The notes below the pieces were generated by a model that saw nothing but the letters and a program-made list of their open reading frames with translations, was not told where the DNA came from and did not search any database. This document shows positions 11,001 through 23,539 of a stretch of DNA of 64,000 nt, in pieces. The position numbers were made by a program, and so were the translations under genes. Source of the DNA: Eledone cirrhosa (taxonomy: Eukaryota); assembly GCA_964016885.1 (NCBI GenBank), contig OZ024759.1, positions 16,926,001 to 16,990,000 of the forward strand, in the 5' to 3' direction. Every line of letters begins with the position of its first letter. Position 1 is the stretch's first letter.

Positions 11001-13539
11001 AGTTACCTCCCTTGAATAAAAAAAATTTTAAAAAGGGTACCGTTTCATAGATTTTTTTTTCGACAATTTCAAAAGCATTCTTAGTTTCTTTATTTAGAAA
11101 ATTTATCATTCTCAGTTTCTTTCAAGAAACTTTATCTACCTCTTAGTTTCTTTATTTAGAAACTTCATCATTCTTAGTTTCTTTCAAGAAACTTTATCTA
11201 CCTCTTAGTTTCTCTATTTAGAAACTTCATATACACTTACGTTCTTTATAGCGCGTCTTACTCAGTTTCTTGTAGACTCTTGATTTCTTTATTCATTTTT
11301 GGCAAAATAAACTGAACACAATTCGTATATAAGATGTAAACTTTCTTTATTAACAAAAACTACGACATTCCTACTTGTTACGGCAAACAACACAGCATAT
11401 GACCTCGATGATTGGACATCTGTAAAAGAAATAAAAGTCATTTACAGACGTTGTCAATAAAAAGAATGTTAAACTTTATAAAATTCATCCAATTTTGTCT
11501 TTTATTATAAAAAACATTTAAATAGAGGAAACTAAGAATCTATATGAAGTTTCTTAAAGAAAGGAAATAAGAAGGTAGATGAAGTGTATAAAGAAAGAAA
11601 CTAGGAATGTACATAAAATGCATAAAGAGGATTGTAAACGGTTACTTGTTACGTAGATTAAAAGTTAAAGCGGTATCGATCTGGTTAATAATATCGATCT
11701 GATTACGATTAAATTTCTTTCTTTAGAAACTTCATCTACATTCTTAGTTGTTTTCAATGACGAAAAAAGAAACTAAGAAAGTAAATGAAGTGTTGAAAGG
11801 GAACAAAGAAAGTAAATGAAGTGTTGAAAGGGAACAAAGAAAGTAAATAAAGTTTCGTGAGAAGAAACTAAGAATGTAAAGGGTCAAAGTGATATCGATC
11901 TAGTTAACACTGACCGACAGTTAATCTTTGATTACGATCATGATATCTAAATTAATCAACAGTTAATCTTTGATTACGATCATGATATCTAAAAAAAAAA
12001 AATGGGTACAAAACTTAAGTTTTATAGCCAAAACGTGACGGGTGTAATATTCACCCTGACCAAAGACAACAGATCTCAAAAGATTCTGGTTAATATTAAT
12101 AACCAGAATATATAGCAACCAACATCATGTGTGACAGGAGCAAGTCCTCCAAAACGAATTTACAACAAAACACGAGGATATCATGAAGGGAACTAGAAAT
12201 ATATTATTTAAATAATAAAGAAAATAAGCTAAATTCTATTTTATATGACCTAGAAATGTGGCAGTAGCTTAAACAAAACTATCGTCTACATAATATTGTT
12301 GGTGGGAAAATAAGAAACTGAAAATGTAAATGAATTTTCTAACGAAAGAAACTAAGAATATAAATGAATGTAGGTTAAAAGTTAAAGCGATATCGATCTA
12401 GTTAACACGGATTACAAAATACGAGGATATCATGAAGGGAAATAGAAATATATTATTTACCAGTTTACATAATAATTAACAAAATACACTATTTCGTATG
12501 AGCAAGAAATATGTATGAGGGGGGTGTTCTATTACATTAGAATGTAAGATGTGACTAAACTAAACTAATGTTTAAATAATTATTTCTGACATTATGGAGG
12601 GAAATAAACAGAAAATGTTTCAATAAAACTGATCAACATAAAATAAAGCTTTAGTTTACCTCCGTAAAATTAGTAAAATCCAAGTTTTTAACGTTTTTTT
12701 AATTCACGTTGTAAAACATGTAGTTCTTCATGCGGCCATTTAATTTTCACTAAAGTACGCATGCGCCGAAATAATTGGACATCAATGGGCAAAGTATTTA
12801 TGTAAAGTTGTCGGACTTTACAATCGTGAGTTCGATTCTCACAAAGGTTTCTCTCTACATAGAAGAGGACACGTGTGAAAGATATAGAGAAGATAATAAA
12901 ATGTAGCTGTGTATAGAGGTTTATTAGAAGAAAAAAGGAAAGGTATAGAGAAGAAGGTTTATATATTTTTCTTAGTTGAGAGTATATAGTTTTATATGTA
13001 TGTCTCTAAAGAAAGATCTACAGAATGAGGTTTATAGAGAGAAATTTGAGTTAGAAAGTATGTCTATAGTGTCGAGATGGTTTAGTTTAGTTTCTTAGAA
13101 GGGCTAACACTATTTGTATGTGTATTATGTTTTAATTTCAAAGAAAGCATGTTGAGTGAGTGACGATGTGCCAGAAAGCCACATGAACACAAGATCCAAA
13201 GTGTGAGAGTTGTTGACATAAAGTATGCATCTAATAACATGTATGTGTATAGGGCAAAGAAAACATTACATACCTCTATAGTTTGGATTTGTGACAGGTA
13301 AAAGTACTACGGAGGCCATCTACCTTTTGAGGCAACTGGTAAACCTCTACTTGATTTCTTTATTCATTTTTGTCAAAATAAACTGAACATGATTTGTATA
13401 TAAAATGTAACCTTTTTTTATTTACAGAAACTTCGCCGTTCCCACGTGTTACGACAAATAACACAGCATATGACCTTGAAGGCTGGACATCTGTAAAAGG
13501 AAATGAATGTCATTTACATACGTTATCAATAAAAAGAAT
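8081..13539. repeat. ~5.5 kb palindrome (long inverted repeat) centred near 10785
   Basis: Arms are reverse complements (e.g. 8224<->13394, 10554<->11015) with scattered substitutions and small indels. Confidence 0.95.
10600..10965. repeat. GC-rich nested-hairpin core, 3 x 75-bp units
   Basis: Unit starts at 10686, 10761, 10836; each is AAGATACCGACGAAGACG..CGTC(T/G)TCGTCGGTATCTT plus a CCGCCACC-w-GGTGGCGG hairpin. Confidence 0.95.
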
Positions 13540-15009
13540 ATTAAACTGTATTAAATTCTTTCTATTTTGTCTTTTATTATATATAGATTTAAATAGAGGA
13601 AACAAGAAAACCTTTCCTACATCGAGGGAGGTAACTAAACTAAGAATGTAAATGAAGTTTAATGTAAATCAAGTTTCTAAAGAATGAAACTAAGAATGGA
13701 AATTAAGTGTTGAAAACGAACAAAAAAAGTAAATGAAGTTTCGTAAGAAGAATCTAAATAGTTCTATGCTACGTAGGTTAAAATGATATCGATCTAGTTA
13801 ATACTGACCAACAGTTAATCTTTGATTACGCTGATGATATCTAAAAAAAAAATTTCGTTCAAAACTAGACGGGTATAATATTAATCTTGATCAAAGATGA
13901 CAGATCCAAAAGATTCTGGTTAATATTAAGATGTGCCAGAAAGCCACATAAAAAGCCTCTTCACATAAACACAATATCCAAAATACATGTGAGGTTTATT
14001 GACATAAACTGTGTATCTAATAAAATGTATGTGTATGATTGTTCGCGAGGTCCGGGACGCAGGCCAGCAAGTAGCCAGCCTGCAAATACTTCCAGCTGCA
14101 TAAGCCACGAAGACCTCGTAACGATTCGAACTTCAGACACATAGAATGGTCACGCCATACATAGACAACGAAGTCCGAACCGCTACTTATAGGTAAAACT
14201 TTATTCATTAAAAAAAAAAAAAAAAAAAAAAAATAGAAACGGCAAGGGAGGTAACACGTCTCAAAATATATTTCGTGTGTTGTCGCACATTCCGTTTCTA
14301 TATTTAAATTGTAGAATCTACAAGTATTTTGTACATATATACAGAACAATTATTACGGAGATAAATATATGTACACATATGTGTGAGTGTGTGTATATAT
14401 ATATATATATATATGTTTCAAGGAAGATGATAAGCTACAGGAGAGGTTCACAGTAGAAGTGGGGAACAGGTTCAGTGCTCAGACGAGGGAGAGATTGGAG
14501 GGACTAAGGAGAGTGTGATGGGGAGGTACCGGTACTTTACCAATGTAAGTGAGACCCTGGTGCCGAGGAGAGAGAAGAAGAGGAAGCACGTCAGCTCTGA
14601 TAAAGAAGATCAGAAGTGTGGAGAGAGCGGTTGACAGGTCTAGGTGTAAGGAGAGCTGGATGATCATAGGGAGGAAGAGAAGGGGTTCGAGTCAGATCCA
14701 GGGAACAGGACCCGAGGATAGGAAGAGGAAATGGCTGGACCATTTTAGGGCCCTCCGCAGCTGTATAAGGAACTGGATATTGAGACACGACCCTTCACCA
14801 GAGAGGAGCTTCCGAGACCCAAAAAGAAAATCAAAGAGGGCTAGGCTCATGAGTGGCATCAGAAGTGTGATTTTGGTTAGAGCATTGTGCTTGCAATCGA
14901 AAGGTTGTGAGTTGGATTCTCGGACCGGGTGATGCTTGTGTCCTTGAACAAGACACTTTATTTCACGTTGCTCTAATTTACTCAGCTGTAGAAGGGGGAG
15001 GGGGCAGCT

Positions 15010-16050
15010 ACGACATATATATTCTATATTAAAAGACAGACCCACCCTCAGATGTAACTGTGGGCTATATGGTATGACAGCTACCACAATATACTGTATA
15101 TAAAGTATGTTAAAAGACAGACCCACCCTCAGATGTAACTGTGGGCTATATGGTATGACAGCAACCACAATATACTGTATATAAAGGATGTTAAAAGACA
15201 GACCCATCCTCAGATGTAACTGTGGGCTATATGGTATGACAGCAACCACAATATACTGTATATAAAGGATGTTAAAAGACAGACCCACCCTCAGATGTAA
15301 CTGTGGGCTATATGGTATGACAGCAACCACAATATACTGTATATAAAGGATGTTAAAAGACAGACCCATCCTCAGATGTAACTGTGGGTTATATGGTATG
15401 ACAGCTACCACAATATACTGTATATAAAGAATGTTAAAAGACAGACCCATCCTCAGATGTAACTGTGGGCTATATGGTATGACAGCTACCACAATATACT
15501 GTATATAAAGGATGTTAAAAGACAGACCCACCCTCAGATGTAACTGTGGGTTATATGGTATGACAGCTACCACAATATACTGTATATAAAGGATGTTAAA
15601 AGACAGACCCATCCTCAGATGTAACTGTGGGCTATATGGTATTGCAGCTACCACAATATACTGTATATAAAGGATGTTAAAAGACAGACCCACGCTCAGA
15701 TGTAACTGTGGGCTATATGGTATGACAGCTACCACAATATACTGTATATAAAGGATGTTAAAAGACAGACCCATCCTCAGATGTAACTGTGGGCTATATA
15801 GTATGACAGCTACCACAATATACTGTATATAAAGGATGTTAAAAGACAGACCCACCATTAGATGTAACTGTGGGCTATAAGGTATGACAGCTACCACAAT
15901 ATACTGTATATAAAGGATGTTAAAAGAGGGACACGTCCTTAGATGTAATTATGGGCCGTATGGACGGAGAGCTACCACAATATACTGTATATCAGGGAAG
16001 TTAAAAGACAGGCCCATTCTTATATTAGATGTAATTGTGAGTCGTATGGA
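15010..16050. repeat. 81-bp minisatellite, ~12 copies
   Basis: 27-aa periodicity of the spurious 401-aa ORF; degenerate inverted monomers at 1715-1890 and 3260-3890. Confidence 0.95.
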
Positions 16051-16799
16051 GAGAGAGACAGACCCAACATTATGTATATATATATATATATGATGGCCCT
16101 CCCCTCGTTATCGAGTATGGCCATTGAACGATGTAGCGTTATTAACAATTATCAATGCCTGCGCGTGAAGTTTTTTTTAAAGTGTGGAAAGACTGTGCAC
16201 TGAGCCAATCCCACTCTCTGAGCGACAGTAGCTGTAACCTGAAAAGAAGAAATGATCAACATCATCGGTAACTACTGAGCCGCAGGTTTTATATCGGAGT
16301 TATCCCAGTTTCCTGAGTTGCCTTCGCCTAGAAGAATGCCCCGACAAAGGCTAGGGGTCCTTCACTCCCAGTGGTTTAACGGCGCAATCGGGTATCCAGC
16401 CCGATTATTTCTATGTCCCCGCGCATATGTCTACAAACATATATAAGTATATATATATACATACATACGTTGATTGCTACTTCTTGTCAGAAGAGTGCCA
16501 TCTCTTTATTGAACATTGCACGGTCATGTGCATGCAGTGATTTTTCAGACTCACTTTAGTTTTGGTGGTACGTCCACAGATGTAACACTTGAACCTGATA
16601 AAACCGACTGGGCGGGTGTCTTCGTGCATTTTACCATGTCTGGTCAGACCACCAGCTGACTTACAAATGTACCATGGAGTGTGTGGCAGTAGAACTATCT
16701 CACAGTTGATCTGATTTCAGATGGTTAACAAAACCATCTCATGTTTGAAGAAATCAGCCCTCATTGCACCTCAATTCTTGCTGAAATTTGGTTTATGCT

Positions 16800-17250
16800 A
16801 TGGTCTTTTCCCTCTGGTCAGCTCCTCATAAAATAACTTTAGGTAGTCTTCCATCATCCTTCCTGACCACCCCAACCCATCTGGTTCATAATACTCCTGC
16901 TCAATACTGGTGCTACTTGCTTTCTCAAGTACCGCAGCATCAATTGTGTAAGAGGACCACTTGATGTTCAGGATGTGTCGTATACAACGCTGATGAAATC
17001 TTTCCAACTGCATGTAAGTTGCCCACGTTCGCATCCATATAGATGGGCTGTAAGAACACAGGCCTCAAACACAGAGCTGTGTTTTTCATGATACTCCAAT
17101 TTGACCAGATCTCGCTTCTCAAGTTTGCCGAAGGTAAGACTTGCTTTCACAATCCTGTGATCTATTTCAGCATCAAGGGTACCATCTCTACTAAATGTAT
17201 TTCCAAGACGCACAAAGCTGTTCACCACATCAAGTCTTTTTCCTCTCACA
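16800..17250 (-). mobile_element. Degraded RTE-like LINE RT 3' fragment
   Basis: Frameshifted pieces: DAEIDHRIVKASLTFGKL, LYGCE, LERFHQRCIRHILNIKW. Confidence 0.8.
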
Positions 17251-17264
17251 TACATATATATATA

Positions 17265-18690
17265 TATAAAAGCAGGATCAAAGTCAATTGCAATATATAT
17301 ATAAACTTTATTGGCATATTACAATCGTATCAATATCGATCATCTTAGGGTACAATCATAATTAGATATTGATATGCGAGTTTATATGAGCAAAAACACA
17401 TTCAGACCGCTTCTAACTTTAATTACGGACTTACCCAACATATATGTGTGTAGGCGTGGAGATTGAATAACTGCACTGTGGACCCTATCGTTAAAACACC
17501 CGAGAAAACCCCATGAGACACACAACCCTAGATGCTGCTCTAGAATACAAAATAAATTTACATTTTCAGAAAATATTTATCACTGTTGAAGAATTGAATC
17601 AACAATTTAAGGTCTTTGATCTCAATCTTGAAAGAAACATTTAAATACACCGAAATATTAACTAAAACTAGGAAGAGTTTTAAAGAAATACACTCGACAT
17701 ATTTTCTGCGAATAAAAAAGAAACATGCTGAATTTTATTAAAACCCTACATTTTATTGTTTATTTTCAACATGAATGGGAACACGTGGTCTGTGTATTTC
17801 ATTAGGAATACGGTAAAAATAGACCTCCCCTGGATAGGACGCCAGTCGATTGCAAGATGAAAATCTGTCTCAAACCCGGAGGCTCATTAGATCGGTGCTT
17901 ATCCGAGTCAGTTGTCGGCTGAAAATACAGGAAGCTCACCTGGACAGAACGCCAGTCTATCACAGAGTTACACCCCATGATACTACTGGAGCCACGTGAA
18001 ATGAAGTGTTCTTGAGCAAAACACTTCATTTCACGTGGCTCCAGTCAAGAACACACGATCAAGGAATCGAAATTATCACATTATGATCGTAAGTCCAAAA
18101 CTGTAAACACTATGCGAAGAAATACTGAAGTTTCACACGGTATGTGACAAGACTGACTCAATTACAGGTACAGGCTTCCAGACAGTTTCTGTCTACTAAA
18201 TTTCACTCATGGGACATAGGTCAACTGAAGGCTATGATGACACTTGCTCAAGATGTCACTCTCTCACCTAATGATGAGAATTCACGTGGGGAAAACAGCC
18301 ACACAGTGATGGGGAGAAATAGTCGACAGAAGGATTTGATAAAGACAAAGGAACTACCCTAGGAAGAACTTTTAAACTATACTAGATACATATTTGTTAT
18401 TAACAAATATGTTAAATTTTGTTATATTCGCAATGTATTGAAACAAGTGGGTGTGTATTTCATTAAAAATACGTTATCAAGAGAACTAGGTAGGTGTAAA
18501 TAGTATATCATACGAAAGCGACTAAGAAGGAAAGATTTACAAAAATACCTCAACATATGAAAATCTACGTTACTTTTTGGAAAGCTGCTATTGTTCATAG
18601 TTAAACCATTTAGCAAGAGTTTTTGTAAAGCTTGTAAAATTCTACAAACTGACAGCCATTTTTTTTGTTTTGTTTTGGATGGAGTACCCA
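17265..18690 (-). repeat. Diverged inverted copy of the 140-1000 module (with an inverted copy of 3460-3650)
   Basis: 17270-17480 matches revcomp of ~830-1000; 18140-18290 of ~680-810; 18480-18680 of ~155-360. Confidence 0.85.
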
Positions 18691-21199
18691 TTTGATGTAA
18701 GATGAATCAGTAGCTTATTTGAAATTTAATTTGACAGGAGGCGCGGGCTGAAAAAAGATAAGGAAACCCTGGTGAAGATTAAGTTTCTTCAGAAAAAAAC
18801 AAAGAATGTTTTTGAAAGTGTCGAAAAAAAAATCTATCTGATATAATGTATTTGAAAAATCTAAATCAAAATTACGTTTTCAGAAAAAAAAATCAAGGGA
18901 ATATCCAAGGGAAGATAATTCACATTTTTTTAGCAAAAAGTCTGCGAATTAATTTCAAGGTGGTCCCAGGTCCACTTAGCAATCGCACACCACCACGTAG
19001 TCACATAGACTGGGAGACCGAGATGCAGCTCGCGCATCGCCTCGAAGGCCTCAATTCTACTGATTAGAATACTCCTACTTATGGGTACTTTTCACATTTT
19101 TTTGTTAAAAAAAAAAATAAATAAAATAAATAAACGAAACGAAGGTGGGTAAGAAATTTAATAGCGCCTTATGACGCTCTTTGAATTATTTTTTCATTAA
19201 ATTATGAAATTATATTCATTTAGAACATCGTCTTGAGACCAAGGCACCAACAATTTTCTTGCGAAAATCAGTATTCCGAAAGAATTACCTCCATTCATTT
19301 CGTTTATATATTTTTTTTCAATGGACAATAAACTTACCTCCGTATAGACGACAGTCCAGCTACATTAATGACGTGCTTCTTTCGCCCTCTAAGCTTATGA
19401 CCAGGGCTTAGTTGACCGTAGGAGATTCTATGGAACAAATACATCCTAAACAAAACTAACGTTTAAATAACTGTTTCTGACATTATGGAGGGCGGGCTTT
19501 GCGTTGTGTTCTTGAGCAAGACACTTTATTTAACGTTGCTCCAAAAATGAGTTGGACAACATCAGTGCCGTGGAGGTATGCCATGTCGACGGGAACTAGA
19601 AATTTACCAACTAAAATAATAAAAACAATACGCTATTTCGTACGACCAATATGTGGGAGGTGTTGTGTTACATTAGAAGGTAAGGTGTGGCAGAAGCTAA
19701 ACAAAAGTAACATTTAAATAATTATTTCTGACATTAGAGAAATAAACAGAAAATGTTTTAATAAAACTGATCAACGTAAAGCTTTACTTTACCTCCGTAA
19801 AATTAGTAAAATCCAAGTTTTTAACGTTTTTATTTTTTTAATTCACGTTGATGTTTTTTAGTTTAAGTGGGTGAAGGTGTGCCAGAAAGCCACAGTAAAG
19901 AAAATACCTCACATAAACACAATATAAAAAATGTGAGAGTTATTGACATAATGTGTGTATCTCATAAAATGTATGTGTATAGAGAGATGGTGCTAGTATA
20001 CAGCAAAGAAAACATTATCCAAAATGAGAAAAGTTCCATGAAGAGGAAGTAACTCTAAATAAAGGGAGATAACTCTAATCAAATTTAGAATAAGTAGCAC
20101 TGCTTCTTTCACCCTCTAACCTTGCATTGTCCATGAGATGTATACGTACTCAAACTGTTTTTTCAGACTCTACCCTGGTATTGACCAGGGTTTAGCTGGC
20201 CCTAGCAGAGCCTACAAGCAAACCATGCCATAAAGGCATTATTTTCACCCTCTAACCTGGCTTTGACGAGGAGATCCTATGGTAAGTATACACACTAAAA
20301 CTGCTTCTTTCGCCCTCTAATCTGGTATCGACTATGGTTTATCTAGCCTTAGGAGAGCCTGTAAGTACTTTGGCCCCCTAACCTGGCATTCCAATACTAA
20401 TTTGAGGCAGAGTAACATCAAGCTTTCAAGGTTTAGGGAGATAGCAATGAATAGTTCACATGCATGTTCTTGCTATATGAAAGAGATGAAGGTGAGATAC
20501 ACAAAACACTACCAAAGGAGGCAAGAAAGCAAGCATGGATTGAGAATTGCCTCATTCTTGTAGTCACAAAAGGATCAACAATTTCAATGGACTCCTTAAC
20601 AATACACACATATATATGTGATCAAAGTAAGACACAGTCAGACTTGTCTCATAGTGTGGACGACCCGTCTGACCCATGCAAGCATGGAAAATAAGACGTT
20701 TGACATTTATTAGTGTCCTATATGTTAGTGAAGGATGGGTACACTGGTTCACAACAACACCCAGATGGTGGCATGCTAAACATAATGAGGAGTGGGACAC
20801 TTGGAGAAGAGATGGGCACTGTCATGATGGAGACAGTAAAACATAGAATAGCACTCCTACAGCTAGCTGCACCAGCTATGGGAAACTGATTAATGTATAT
20901 TAGGGATCCCAAGGTCTGATTTTATCACCTCATCCCACCTGCACCTTTTTATACATTTGTCACCCCTCATACGCATCACAGTCTCCTCTCTTGCACACTG
21001 CATCTGATCCCTCTTATGCCCAGTTTCTCTCTCAGTTCATTAATAATGTAATATTTAAAAATGTGGTGGGAAGCAAATGAACCTACCTTGCGTCTCTACT
21101 TGATTCCAGAACGAATGTCCAATGCTCCGACATCCATGTGACTTACGTCCAACTCAGAATTACAAGCCTCTCTTGCTCACGTCTGCAATAGGCCAAATC

Positions 21200-22110
21200 A
21201 AACTTGCATCTCAGCTTTTCTAGTGGAACCAAGAGACAAGACCTGTCATCTTGTCTATCTTTTTTTGTAATTGATCTTTGGGGTGCTTCAATTTTCATAC
21301 TTTGTTTCATGTGAGGAGGCAACTGAAGATAACAGTATTCAAGGTGTAGCCATGCAAGGGTAATAGTGTGGATAACTGTAGACTGGAAAGTTCTGAGAAT
21401 CTAGCAACACATCCTGAAAACCATGTCAACTTTGTTGTTTATGTGTAACCCAACTTAGGTTGTTACCAACAATTAATCACAGGTCTCTGGAGTTGTTGGA
21501 TGCCACAAGGGTTTCAACTGAGAGAAGAGAATATGATAACTTCACTACATCCTCTTTTCCAAAGTGAATTAATTCAAATTTAACCTCGTTCAGTAGCATA
21601 TTTTTTCTGCCCATTGGATGACAAAAATAGATCAGTTTGAAGACATGACCAGTCTCCCACTCCATTGATGACCTGGAGCTTGGAATCATCGGCAAACATC
21701 CACATGTTGCTCTGCTTGATGACATCGATAATGTCATTGACATAAATAATGAATAGAAATGTATATAAATCAAGATATGACATCAGTATTTCCCAAAGCT
21801 TTTAGAATGTCATAAAAGTGATGCAGGAGCTGTATTAGACATTCTCTCTGATTACAGAATCCATGATGGTTGGAGTTCAAGGAAGTGACTTATTCGTGAT
21901 CTCAACACCATCCCCAAAACCTTAATACGAGAGGTGAGTGAGATCAGATGGTAATTCTCAGCAAAGGACTTGTTTCCCTCTTTGAAAACTGGGTCAGAAA
22001 GGTTTCAGGGATATAGCCAGCGTCCAGTGAGTTCCTCCACAGATTAGCTAGAGGAGATGCAAGTTGGTCATGACACACAAGCAGGGAACCTATCGGGGCC
22101 TACTGCTGAG
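21200..22110 (-). mobile_element. Degraded CR1/L2-clade LINE RT fragment
   Basis: LFIIYVNDI..MFADDSKL motif, many frameshifts. Confidence 0.75.
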
Positions 22111-23539
22111 TTACAAAAGAAAAGGCCATGCTCATGCAACACACAAGAAAGTCGTTCGGATCAAGTGAAACCTGTGCATGAAGTGTTTTTTAAGTGAAGA
22201 AAGGCCTTGCATCGGGCCAATCCCACTCTCTGAAAAATGGTATCCTGTATAAAAAGGAAGAACAAGTCAATATCATTGGTTGTGATTGAGTCACAGGTTT
22301 TTCTTCATTTAGAATGATGTCCTAACAAGAACTAGGGTCTCTGACTCCTGGTGGATTAACCGCGCGCTCGGGCACCAAACCAAGTATTTCCAAGTTCCCG
22401 CGCTGATATCTTATATATAAATATATAAAGGATATATGGAGACAGAATTAATCATATATATCATTCGAGAAATACATAACTCTGAAATAAGGTCCATTGA
22501 GCTTTATTTTTATTGAGTAACACAATCATCATACATTTAATATGTATCTACATATATAAGTAAATGCATATACAAACATGATGATGGTGACATATGTATA
22601 CATGTATATATACATACGTTTATATTTTGTTCTTTTCACTTGCCTCAGTACCATTTACATCATTTGCCTACCACAAGGTCCACCTGTCTTTTCTCTCTAC
22701 CTTTCTGCTCTACTTGATTTATTTATAAATGACTTTTAACATCGACTCTACTGTAATAACCTATTATTACTGCATCGCCCCAGTCCTTGATGATTTCTTT
22801 GTGCGATATTAAATTGTAAAGATGTCTCAAATTTTCTGCAGTAACATCACTTTCATGTTTAACCCTTTAGCATTTAATCTGGCCAAAATTCTCCCCCCTC
22901 TTTCTGTTCCAACCGGCTGTAACTGCCACTCATGCTGATGTTAACATATTGCTCTCAAAATAAATAATATCAAAAATGAGCCAGTAGGGCGAGATAAGAT
23001 CTTCAGAATTTCTTAACGCTTTAGCATTTACATTACTCTATATTTTTGTGATTAAGTCTTTAGCTCACAATATTATCCCATATACTATTGAATCTATAAT
23101 ATCAAATTCTCAGATTCGATAGTATGTGGGATAATTTTGTGAGGTAAAGACTTAACCATAAAAATATAGTAGTAAACATAGAGTAATGTAAATGCTAAAG
23201 AGTTAAGAAATTCTGCAGATCTTATTTAGCCCTAGTGCCTCGTTTTTCTTCAAGGAAATGAATGGCTTTGTCGATTTCTTCCATTGAAATGTCACATGTA
23301 GCTGGTCTACCAAATGCCTTCTCTGGTCAAAGGTTGAAGAGAACAATCAGTTGCAATTGAATGAGCACTTACTAGAAATGTTATACCCATATAGATGATT
23401 GTTCCTTGCTTGTTACCGAGGTAACAAACACTGCCTTTAGTATTGCACATTTAAATAACATGCATATACTCAAAACATACTCTATCTTATACACGTAGAC
23501 AAGTTCATTCACACATAGACCCACATATATAAAAACACA

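Noticed and set aside
10554-11015. Twin 138-aa Arg-rich (protamine-like) ORFs on both strands
   Set aside because: By-product of the palindrome and 75-bp repeats; TTG start, no independent coding evidence
14692-15897. 401-aa ORF
   Set aside because: Translation of an 81-bp minisatellite running into a SINE
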